Shown: positions 9,965 through 18,488 of the stretch, in pieces | Layout of the letters: each line of letters opens with the position of its first letter | Numbering within the stretch: position 1 is the first letter of the stretch | Program-made: the position numbers and the translations under genes | Source of the DNA: an uncultured Gammaproteobacteria bacterium | Lineage (GTDB): Bacteria; Patescibacteriota; Microgenomatia; CAZETR01 | Direction: 5' to 3' | DNA: 57,994 bases | NCBI GenBank assembly: GCA_964514545.1 | Contig: CAZETR010000032.1 | Location: forward strand, 1-57,994 | Notes under the pieces: generated by a model | The model's database searches: none | The model's input: the letters and a program-made list of their open reading frames with translations, nothing else | Told to the model about the DNA's origin: nothing

Positions 9965-12403
9965 TTACGGTGATGGGGTGGGGGTGGGGGTGATGAAGTC
10001 GGCGGGACGGATTGAGACGGGCTCCGTAGGATAGGAGGAACAGTCGAGGCAAAGGAGCAGGCCAAATTTGTCAAAAACTACGGCGTGGTTTTGCATCTCG
10101 ATATTTTCCGGTGGTGTTTTGTCGTTTGCCTGGATGCCGGTGGTTTTGTCGACCGGGATGTCTCTTCTTAGATTTTCAATTTCTGTTGGCAGAGTTCCCT
10201 TTTTAAAATACTCGAAACGAAACTGGCCACGGTCGCAGGATGCCGGATTTGCGGGGTCCGGCGGGAGTAAGCCGGAGGTGTTGCAGATTGTTGCTCCCTC
10301 TATGCCTGCTGGCTGGGTGGGCCAGACAGGCTGGTGATTTTTGAGAGCAGCGAGTGTGATTCGATTCCAAATCGGAGAAGCGCCGGTAACTCCAGAAGCT
10401 ACGTTTCCCAGGGGAGAATTATCGTTGTTGCCAACCCAGACGGCTATTAATCTTTCCGGATTGTAGCCAATTGTCCAGTTATCCCGTTTGTCGTTGGTGG
10501 TACCGGTTTTGACAGATACTTCAGGATGTCCGCTGACGTTTAGGTAAGATGAAGGGCCGAATGTAGCCGAGCGGGCATTGTTGTCTAGGAGGATGTGGGA
10601 GATAAGAAATGCCGTTTCTGGAGAAATTATGCGGGGTTCGTTTGAGGATTGAGAACTGAGATTTGAAGTTGGAGCCTGAAGTTTGATTTTTGAAGTTTGA
10701 TTTTTTGACTTTTCGGTTGCGACAAGCGGTACCGGGTCGTATCTTTCTAAGATTTTTCCAGTGTAGTCTTCGATTTTAAGAATTGGGTGGAGGTCGACTT
10801 TGATTCCGGAGTTGGCAAAGACACCAAAGGCGACAGCCATGTCGACCATTTTTACCTCGCCCCCGCCGAGAGTAAGTGATAGTCCGTAGTTTTTTGGGTC
10901 AATGAAGGTTGTAATGCCGAAATCTCTGGCCTTGGCAACGAAATTCTCCAAATTATTAAGAGTGAGCACTTTGACTGCCGGGATATTGTAGCTATTACCC
11001 AGAGCGAAGCGGGCCTGGGATGGGCCATGAAACGTATTGTCGTAGTTGTCGGGGCAGTAAGGTTTTTGGCCGGAAACCAGAAAGCAGGTAGGAATGTCAG
11101 CCAAAAGGGATGCGGGCGTGATGAGATTCTTTTCAATTCCCAAAGCATAGTTTAAGGGTTTGATTGAAGATCCGGGCTGGCGGGAGCGCAGGGTTATATT
11201 GACCGCACCATCGGCCTCTTTATCGAAATAGTCTTTGGAGCCGACCATGGCCAGAATTTCACCCGTTGCCGGAATTGTTACCAGGGCAGCCCCGTTGCCG
11301 ACCTTGGATTTTTTTAGTTTGGCGGTTTCGGAAGCAACAATGAGTTGGGCCTGATCCTGGAGATCAATATCCAGGCTGGTTGTGACTCTGAGGCCGCCGG
11401 TTTCAACTACCTGTTCTCCGTATTTCTGGACCAGCAGGTCTTTGACAAAGAGGACGAAGTGGGGAGATCGGATACCAACCTGGGGCGGGGCAAAATCTAA
11501 TTTTTCCTCAATTGCGGTACGCGCCTGTTCGCGGGTAATGAGATGATTGTCAACCATGCGACTGAGAACTAATTGCTGACGTTCCTTTGCCAGTTCCGGA
11601 TGAGCCCCGAATGGCGAAAAACGTGTCGGTGCTGCCGGAAGACCTGCCAGAAGCGAGCTTTCAGGTAAGGAGAGCTGGGAGGATTTTTTACCGAAATAAG
11701 TTTGTGATGCCGATTCGATTCCGTAGGAGGTCCCGCCATAAGGAACTTGATTAAGGTACATTTCAAGGATTTGATCTTTGGTGTAAATAGATTCGACTGC
11801 AAAGGTTAGTACAAGTTCCCGCAGTTTGCGCCTGATCGTTCTTTCCGGAGTTAAAAGGGCAGTTTTGACTAATTGCTGTGTAATGGTTGAGCCTCCCTGA
11901 AGCGTAAGTTTGCAATTTTGAATTAGGGTTTTACAAAGACCATACCCGAGATTTTTGATAGAGGCCCTGGCAATGCCGGAAAGGGCAAATCCATTGTGCT
12001 TGTAAAAATCTTTATCTTCAATGGAAATGGTTGCCTGTTTAACGTAAGGAGGAAGGTCGGAGAGCTTGACGGGCGTGCGGTTTTGGTCAGCGAAGATATC
12101 GTAGAGGAGAATTCCGTTGCGGTCATAGATTTTGGTTGAAACTGGAAATGGATTACGGGTTAGGCGTCTGGGGGAGGGAAGATCTTTAAAGACATAGACA
12201 AGTAATAGTAACAGTAAGAGTAAGGGTAAGAGAATTGCGGGGAGACGAAATTTAGTGGCGAGACCAAACTTTTTCCGTTGGGCGTTTCCATTTGATGGCG
12301 GGTTTGATGGCGGGGCGGTTAATTGGGAAAAGCGGCCGGCGGAGTTTCGGTAGAGAAGTTTGGATTTGTTTTTGGGATTGGGAATTGGAGATGGCATTGA
12401 CAA
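9965..12403 (-). CDS. Second class A penicillin-binding protein (PBP1A family)
   Basis: EDKDFYKHNG, GGSTITQQLVK, RKLRE; SSIK, SYN, KTG. Confidence 0.95.
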   Translation of the reverse strand: MSMPSPIPNPKNKSKLLYRNSAGRFSQLTAPPSNPPSNGNAQRKKFGLATKFRLPAILLPLLLLLLLLVYVFKDLPSPRRLTRNPFPVSTKIYDRNGILLYDIFADQNRTPVKLSDLPPYVKQATISIEDKDFYKHNGFALSGIARASIKNLGYGLCKTLIQNCKLTLQGGSTITQQLVKTALLTPERTIRRKLRELVLTFAVESIYTKDQILEMYLNQVPYGGTSYGIESASQTYFGKKSSQLSLPESSLLAGLPAAPTRFSPFGAHPELAKERQQLVLSRMVDNHLITREQARTAIEEKLDFAPPQVGIRSPHFVLFVKDLLVQKYGEQVVETGGLRVTTSLDIDLQDQAQLIVASETAKLKKSKVGNGAALVTIPATGEILAMVGSKDYFDKEADGAVNITLRSRQPGSSIKPLNYALGIEKNLITPASLLADIPTCFLVSGQKPYCPDNYDNTFHGPSQARFALGNSYNIPAVKVLTLNNLENFVAKARDFGITTFIDPKNYGLSLTLGGGEVKMVDMAVAFGVFANSGIKVDLHPILKIEDYTGKILERYDPVPLVATEKSKNQTSKIKLQAPTSNLSSQSSNEPRIISPETAFLISHILLDNNARSATFGPSSYLNVSGHPEVSVKTGTTNDKRDNWTIGYNPERLIAVWVGNNDNSPLGNVASGVTGASPIWNRITLAALKNHQPVWPTQPAGIEGATICNTSGLLPPDPANPASCDRGQFRFEYFKKGTLPTEIENLRRDIPVDKTTGIQANDKTPPENIEMQNHAVVFDKFGLLLCLDCSSYPTEPVSIRPADFITPTPTPSP

Positions 12404-12480
12404 TCTATTATATCTTGCGTGGGGAAACTTGCCTTTGGTTGACCGAGAATGTTACACTCCTATGGCTTATGAGTATGTGG

Positions 12481-13119
12481 ATGAGAAGGTTGGTTTGGTG
12501 GATGGTCTTGTCTGTCTTAGGACTCGTCATTTTGGGGGTTTCGATTGTTCGTTCAACTATGGCAATGTCTCAAGATCTGGTTTTAGTTGGTAGCACTTCT
12601 CAGAATTCCCGACCTGTGAAGGTAGTTGCCACTGTGGCTCAAATACCTACCCCTAGCCCAATCCCTGCGGTTGAATATAAATTAGTATATCCGGGAATTT
12701 TGCCCGATCACTTTTTGTACCCGCTAAAGATGGTAAGGGATAAAGTTAGACTATTGTTTACCCGCGGGGTTCAAAAGAAAACCGAGCTATTAATTTTCTA
12801 CGCAGACAAGAGATTGGGGGCGGCCAAGGCTCTGATTGAAGGGGGAAAAGAGACTTTGGGAGTGGCTACGGCAGGGAAGGCAGAGAAGTATTTGGAACGG
12901 TCGTTTAGAGAAATTGAGAAGGGATCGAGGGGGGGAGAGGAGATAAAAGGGCTGTGGAAGAGGCTTAACCTGGTTGCCCGGAAACACGTTGAGATAATGG
13001 AAGAAGTGTCCAGCACTATTTCTCCGGGAGAAAAACGGGCGTGGAATAAGGCGATGGATATTACGAAGATAGTGAGAGATACGTCGGCACAGAAGATTTT
13101 GGAAATTAAGGAGAATTGA
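12481..13119 (+). CDS. DUF5667-like membrane protein
   Basis: YPGILPDHFLYPLK and ADKRL motifs after a TM segment; the ORF-track start at 12292 overlaps the PBP, so 12481 is preferred. Confidence 0.7.
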   Translation: MRRLVWWMVLSVLGLVILGVSIVRSTMAMSQDLVLVGSTSQNSRPVKVVATVAQIPTPSPIPAVEYKLVYPGILPDHFLYPLKMVRDKVRLLFTRGVQKKTELLIFYADKRLGAAKALIEGGKETLGVATAGKAEKYLERSFREIEKGSRGGEEIKGLWKRLNLVARKHVEIMEEVSSTISPGEKRAWNKAMDITKIVRDTSAQKILEIKEN

Positions 13120-13186
13120 CGAAGTTCTTTCTGAGGCTGTTCGAGTTTAGTCGTGATCCACTCCGATATAGATGTTGATAGTTGAC

Positions 13187-13234
13187 CCGCTTTATCTAGC
13201 GTTTTAGTGTGGTTGGTACCCCTAGATATAGGGG
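13187..13234 (+). promoter_or_regulatory. Tandem NrdR boxes
   Basis: ccgctttatctagcgt (13187-13202) and cccctagatatagggg (13219-13234) match acaCwAtATaTwGtg and start 32 bp apart, upstream of nrdR-nrdJ. Confidence 0.8.
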
Positions 13235-13300
13235 CGGCTTGGGAATAGCTTAAGAGGTTAGTACAAGTCTAAGTAAGAAAAAAATTGACAGATTAATAGC

Positions 13301-13750
13301 ATGCGATGTCCATTTTGCGGTCATAGCGAAACTGGTGTTTTAGAGTCCAGGGTGGCTGAGGACGGACAGTCACTCCGTCGCCGGAGGGAGTGCGAAAAAT
13401 GTCAGAGGCGATTTACGACATTTGAACGAGTTCCCGGCCCGACTCTATTTGTGATTAAACGGGGCGGTGGTCGAGAGCCCTTTGACCGGGAAAAGATTGT
13501 TCGAGGAGTGATCCGCTCCTTTGACAAAAGACCCGTGTCAATTGATCTAATCAATCAATTAGCCGACGATGTCGAGCGGGAAGTCAGACGCAAGGAGGTG
13601 TCTGAAATTGCTAGCAGGGCTATCGGAAAAATGGTCCTAAGAAAACTTAGAAACATCGACAAGGTTGCCTGGCTAAGGTTTGCCAGCGTTTACTTTGAGT
13701 TTACAGACGTCGAGGAGTTTGAAAAATTAATGGAAAAAATTTCAAATTAA
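13301..13750 (+). CDS. nrdR: Transcriptional repressor NrdR
   Basis: MRCPFC, RRRRECEKC, RFTTFE, ATP-cone, WLRFASVY. Confidence 0.97.
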   Translation: MRCPFCGHSETGVLESRVAEDGQSLRRRRECEKCQRRFTTFERVPGPTLFVIKRGGGREPFDREKIVRGVIRSFDKRPVSIDLINQLADDVEREVRRKEVSEIASRAIGKMVLRKLRNIDKVAWLRFASVYFEFTDVEEFEKLMEKISN

Positions 13751-13752
13751 GC

Positions 13753-16254
13753 ATGAAAGCACTTAGATTACACATAGTTACGAGTAGCGCAAAAAAGACA
13801 ACCAAGGCGAAGTTGGTTGGCCGAGGAAATGGGTTTTTGCCTAAACCACACTTTGTGGCGATGGAAGAGGGAACTGAACTTTCAGGAATAAGAAAAGATG
13901 TATTTTTGGATCGGTATTCGCTGAAAGATATTGACGGCAAGGCTATGGAGGCGTTTCCGGAACAAATGTGGCAGAGAGTTGCCTGGGGCATAGCTCAGAC
14001 TGAAAAGACGGGAGTTCTGAAGAGGGAGTGGGAAGGAAAGTTTTACAAAGCGATGCAGGGATTTAAATTCGTACCAGCGGGACGAATTTTGTCAGGGGCC
14101 GGTACCGGATACGAAGTGACCTTTTACAATTGCTATGTAATTCCATCTCCTAAAGATAGCCGGCATGGAATTATGCAGAACATCGAGCTGACCGTGGAAA
14201 TTCAGGCTCGGGCGGGCGGGGTGGGATTGAACTTGTCGTCCCTTCGGCCCCGGGGAGCAAGAGTCAAGAAAGTAAACGGGACATCTTCAGGTCCGGTTAA
14301 CTGGGCGGCTCTGTATTCGACGGCTAATCACGATGTGATTCAACAAGGGGGATCGAGAAGGGGGGCGCTGATGCTAATGCTAAACGACTGGCATCCGGAT
14401 GTGGAGGAATTTATTACCGTGAAACAGGATTTGACAAAGATTCCCGGGGCGAACCTTTCTGTGTGTATCAGCAAAGCGTTTATGGATGCGGTTGAGACTG
14501 ACGGCGATTGGGATTTGGTCTATCCTGATTTATCCGACCCGGAGTATGACGAGGCTTGGGATGGAGATATAGAGAAGTGGAAAAGTTTGGGAAAACAAGT
14601 AAAAATCCATAGGACTCTTAAGGCTAGATATCTATGGGATCTGATAGCTGAGGCGGCTTGGAAGTCGGCTGAGCCGGGGGCGGTTTTCATCGATAGGTAC
14701 AACGAAATGAGTAACAGTTGGTACTTTGAGAAAATAATCGCGACAAACCCCTGTGGTGAACAGGGATTGGGGGCATGGGGGGTGTGCAATTTGGGCCATG
14801 TCAATCTGTCTCCGTTTGTGAGTCACGGAGTGATGGACTATCAGGGATTGAAGGAGCATGTGGCTATTGCGACTCGGTTTTTGGACAATGTAATTGAGGC
14901 TAATTTCTACTTCGCCAAAGAGAATGAACGGGCACAGAGATTTGGGATTAGGAGGACGGGCTTGGGGACCTTGGGCTTGGCAGACGCGCTAATTAAGATG
15001 GGAATAAGATATGGGAGTGAGGAGTCTTTGAGTGAGATAGACAAGATTTACAAGCTGATCCGCGATACGGCATACGAGACATCTGTAATGCTTGCAAAAG
15101 AAAAGGGGGCGTTTGCCAAGTTTGAAAAAGAGAAGTACTTGCAGGGAAAGTTTATTCGCGAGTTGCCTTCCCTGATAAGGGAAGGAATCGCCAAGCACGG
15201 TATCCGAAATGGAATTTTATTGACCCAGGCGCCGACGGGGACGATTTCTTTACTCGCTGGTGCCAGCAGCGGGATTGAGCCGGTTTATGAATTTACTTAT
15301 CAGAGGCGCGATCGGACAGGGGAACACATTGTGAACCATCCGATCTATCAAGAATGGATTGACAAGCACGCGGGTGAGGTAGCGCCGGAGTACTTTGTGA
15401 GCGCGTCTCAATTGACTCCGGAGGAGCATGTTCGGGTGCAGGCACTAGTTCAAAAATATGTTGACTCTTCGATTAGCAAAACCGTGAATGCGCCAAACTC
15501 TCACACGGTTGAAGATGTAAAAAAGTTGTACCGGATGGCTTATGAGTTGGGGTGCAAGGGAGTGACTTATTTCAGGGATGGTAGCAGAACCGGGGTATTA
15601 TCCAAAGTGGAGGAGAAAAAGACTGAAGAGGTTTCCAGACAGACAATCAAGCCGCGGCCGGTAAAAGTGGAAGGGGCGACATACAGGATCGAGACGCCGT
15701 TGGGAATTGCTTTTATTACTGTAAACCAGGATACGGACGGCAATCCGTTTGAAGTGTTTGTGACGATTGGGAAAGCCGGATCTGAAGTGGCGGCGATGGC
15801 CGAGGCTCTGGGGCGGTTAATATCGACGACGTTAAGATTTGGAAACCATATGCCTGCAAAAGAACGGGCAAAAGAGATAATGGAACAGCTGTCAGGTATT
15901 GGGGGGGGCAGGTCGGTGGGGTTTGGGCCGAATAAAGTAAGGAGTTTGCCGGATGCGGTGGCGAGAGCGATTGGGATGCACTTTGGGTTGATAGGATACC
16001 AAGATAGTCAAATCTCAAATCTCGAATCTCAAATCTCAAATCAGGAGACGCGAGGGAATGGGCATGTGGCAAACGGGGTGGTGAAACAGGAGTTGTTACC
16101 CGATTCGGGAATGAGTGAAGTGGGTACGGAATCTTCGGTCTTGCGCCTTTTCGCAGACGCGCACAAGGATATTTGTCCCAGCTGCGGAGAGGCGTCGTTG
16201 GTACTCGAGGAAGGGTGTAAAAAGTGCTATACGTGCGGACACAGCGAATGTTGA
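13753..16254 (+). CDS. nrdJ: Class II (adenosylcobalamin-dependent) ribonucleotide reductase with C-terminal TSCPD and zinc ribbon
   Basis: PAGRIL, FYNCYV, TNPCGEQ, APTGTIS, DSSISKTVN, KGVTYFRDG, terminal CPSC...CYTC; true start may be 13861. Confidence 0.92.
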   Translation: MKALRLHIVTSSAKKTTKAKLVGRGNGFLPKPHFVAMEEGTELSGIRKDVFLDRYSLKDIDGKAMEAFPEQMWQRVAWGIAQTEKTGVLKREWEGKFYKAMQGFKFVPAGRILSGAGTGYEVTFYNCYVIPSPKDSRHGIMQNIELTVEIQARAGGVGLNLSSLRPRGARVKKVNGTSSGPVNWAALYSTANHDVIQQGGSRRGALMLMLNDWHPDVEEFITVKQDLTKIPGANLSVCISKAFMDAVETDGDWDLVYPDLSDPEYDEAWDGDIEKWKSLGKQVKIHRTLKARYLWDLIAEAAWKSAEPGAVFIDRYNEMSNSWYFEKIIATNPCGEQGLGAWGVCNLGHVNLSPFVSHGVMDYQGLKEHVAIATRFLDNVIEANFYFAKENERAQRFGIRRTGLGTLGLADALIKMGIRYGSEESLSEIDKIYKLIRDTAYETSVMLAKEKGAFAKFEKEKYLQGKFIRELPSLIREGIAKHGIRNGILLTQAPTGTISLLAGASSGIEPVYEFTYQRRDRTGEHIVNHPIYQEWIDKHAGEVAPEYFVSASQLTPEEHVRVQALVQKYVDSSISKTVNAPNSHTVEDVKKLYRMAYELGCKGVTYFRDGSRTGVLSKVEEKKTEEVSRQTIKPRPVKVEGATYRIETPLGIAFITVNQDTDGNPFEVFVTIGKAGSEVAAMAEALGRLISTTLRFGNHMPAKERAKEIMEQLSGIGGGRSVGFGPNKVRSLPDAVARAIGMHFGLIGYQDSQISNLESQISNQETRGNGHVANGVVKQELLPDSGMSEVGTESSVLRLFADAHKDICPSCGEASLVLEEGCKKCYTCGHSEC

Positions 16255-16270
16255 ATGATACAATAGCCGC

Positions 16271-17248
16271 GTGATAATTACCCAAACGCCACTTAGGATT
16301 TCATTTTTGGGTGGAGGGACGGATCTCGGAGATTTTTATCGGGAGTTTGGGGGATGTGTGCTTACGAGCGCAATTGATAAATATGTGTATTGCATAGTTA
16401 AGGAAAGATTTGACAAGAAAATCTACGTAAATTATTCGGTGAAAGAAATTGTAGAGCGGGTCGATGATTTAGAGCATGAGCTCGTGCGCGAGGCGATGAA
16501 AAAAACAGGAGTTACTGAAGGCGTTGAGATTACATTTCTTTCCGACGTCCCTGCTGCGGGATCGGGACTTGGGTCATCGAGTACGGTTACCGTGGGAACG
16601 CTCAACGCGCTGTATCAATTTACCGGGCAGGCTGTCGAGGCGGTACGTTTGGCTCGCGAGGCTTGTGAGTTGGAAATAGATGTTCTAAAGAAGCCAATTG
16701 GAGTCCAAGATCAATATATTGCGGCTTTTGGCGGGGTGAGGTTTTTGGAGTTTCACAAGGATGGCGCGGTGAGTGTGGAGCCGCTGAGGTTAAGCGAGGA
16801 ACAACTGGATGATCTGAAAAGCTACATGATGGTATTTTTTACCGGGGTAACGCGTCAGGCGGGATCGGTTTTGTCTGAGCAGAAGAGTAACATCGGAAGG
16901 AAAACTAAGGTTCTGCAAGAAATAGCACAGCAGGCAAGAACAGGTCGCCGGCTATTGGTAAGTGGAAGGATAAGAGAGTTGGGATTACTTTTGGATGAGG
17001 GGTGGAAACTAAAGAAACAACTGGCGAGCAAGATTAGTAACAATGAGATAGATAAATTTTACCAGGCCGCGAAGAGGGCTGGGGCGATTGGGGGGAAAAT
17101 ATCCGGGGCCGGAGGAGGAGGGTTTTTAACCTTGTTTGTGCCGACTCACAAAAGAGAGAAGGTGAGGTCGGCCCTCAAGGGACTGCGGGAGATGCCGGTG
17201 GGACTGTCGAAAGATGGGAGCAAGGTGATATTTAATATTCGGAGATAG
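16271..17248 (+). CDS. GHMP sugar kinase (HddA-like)
   Basis: TPLRISFLGGGTD, PAAGSGLGSSS, GVQDQY, GGKISGAGGGGF. Confidence 0.88.
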   Translation: MIITQTPLRISFLGGGTDLGDFYREFGGCVLTSAIDKYVYCIVKERFDKKIYVNYSVKEIVERVDDLEHELVREAMKKTGVTEGVEITFLSDVPAAGSGLGSSSTVTVGTLNALYQFTGQAVEAVRLAREACELEIDVLKKPIGVQDQYIAAFGGVRFLEFHKDGAVSVEPLRLSEEQLDDLKSYMMVFFTGVTRQAGSVLSEQKSNIGRKTKVLQEIAQQARTGRRLLVSGRIRELGLLLDEGWKLKKQLASKISNNEIDKFYQAAKRAGAIGGKISGAGGGGFLTLFVPTHKREKVRSALKGLREMPVGLSKDGSKVIFNIRR

Positions 17249-17251
17249 CCA

Positions 17252-17884
17252 ATGGTTAAGTCAAAGGTCAAAAGGCAAAAGTCAAAAATACAAGTTAAAA
17301 TGCAAAAGCGACATTTTGCTGTATCCAGGATTTACACAAGGATGGGGGATAAAGGGGAGACGGGGACGTTTCGGGGCAGAATGAATAAGAGCGAGCAGTT
17401 GGCGGTGGCGTTGGGTACGATAGACGAATTGAATTCATGGATAGGAGTGTGTAGAGAGGAAAATCAAAAGTCAAAAATCAAAAGTCAAAATTATAATTTA
17501 AAAGTCAAAAGTTTTAGCTTAGGTGGTGAATTGAGGAGAGTGCAGGGGAATTTGCTTAGGATTGGGGCGATACTGGCGGGGGCGCCGGATAAGTTTACCG
17601 GAATAGAAACGAGGAGACTGGAGAAAATGATTGATCGGTTAAGTTCGGACCTGCCGACATTAAGAAACTTTATCTACCCAACCGGAGTTGGCGTGGCCGG
17701 ATATTTGCAGGTGGCAAGGACAGTGGCGAGACGAACAGAACGAGAGATCGTTCTGGTCGTAGATCCAAAATCAAAAAGCGAAGAAAATGTTTTAAAATAT
17801 TTAAATAGGTTGTCGGATGCGTTGTTTGTGATGGCTAGGTGGGTAAATCTGGAATTAGGGGGGAAGGAAGAGGTTTGGAAGTGA
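17252..17884 (+). CDS. pduO: PduO-type ATP:cob(I)alamin adenosyltransferase
   Basis: IYTRMGDKGET, GTIDELNSWIG, ARTVARRTER, YLNRLSD; two K/S/Q-rich repeat inserts. Confidence 0.9.
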   Translation: MVKSKVKRQKSKIQVKMQKRHFAVSRIYTRMGDKGETGTFRGRMNKSEQLAVALGTIDELNSWIGVCREENQKSKIKSQNYNLKVKSFSLGGELRRVQGNLLRIGAILAGAPDKFTGIETRRLEKMIDRLSSDLPTLRNFIYPTGVGVAGYLQVARTVARRTEREIVLVVDPKSKSEENVLKYLNRLSDALFVMARWVNLELGGKEEVWK

Positions 17885-17896
17885 TATCATTTAGGT

Positions 17897-18484
17897 ATGG
17901 ACCAAAGCGCTGGCGCGCAAATCCCAAACAGCCCCCTTCAGGATGTTTCGATTCCAGCGATGCAAGCTAATGGGGCTATCCCTTCTGTATATCAGCCCAC
18001 TCAAGCAAACTTGAATGCGGCGGATCCGGCTACGGCACCTGGGGGGCCGTTTTATGATCCGTATCCGACGGCGGCTCCCGGTCAAGCGATTACCAATGAC
18101 CCGTGGAAAGCGGATTTTCCACAGACTCCCGCGGCTGGAAAAGAGCGACTAGATGCGTTTCCCCGAATTACGGAGAGTGAAAAACACCCAATCGTAGAAA
18201 TTCCGACGACGATTGAGAAAAAAGAAGTAGATAAGATTGGCGAGGCGGGAATTGAAGTGGAGGAGAAGGAGCATGCGAGACTAGAGCAACCGGTTAGGGA
18301 TGGCTTAATGCGTGAGCCGTTGGTGATGGCACCGGAACACGAAGTAGCTTCGATAGAAGTGCCGGTAAGTCACGCGCAGTTCGTAGCTGGGGCTAAAGTT
18401 AGTCCCGATTTCTCCTTAAGATGGATAGTAACTCTGGTTAACTTGTTGTTTAAAAAAGGATACAGAATTGTATTTAAAGATTAG
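17897..18484 (+). CDS. Hypothetical protein (Pro/Ala-rich N-terminus)
   Basis: 195-aa ORF co-directional with and abutting the ATPase gene. Confidence 0.7.
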   Translation: MDQSAGAQIPNSPLQDVSIPAMQANGAIPSVYQPTQANLNAADPATAPGGPFYDPYPTAAPGQAITNDPWKADFPQTPAAGKERLDAFPRITESEKHPIVEIPTTIEKKEVDKIGEAGIEVEEKEHARLEQPVRDGLMREPLVMAPEHEVASIEVPVSHAQFVAGAKVSPDFSLRWIVTLVNLLFKKGYRIVFKD

Positions 18485-18488
18485 AAGA

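Noticed and set aside
6690-11260. Diversity-generating retroelement TR/VR pair or recent gene conversion
   Set aside because: Shared ~23-bp stretches are conserved motifs of the two PBP paralogues; differences are not adenine-specific and there is no reverse transcriptase
13159-13174. Third NrdR box
   Set aside because: Only the gatatag core matches; flanks and spacing (28 bp) do not fit
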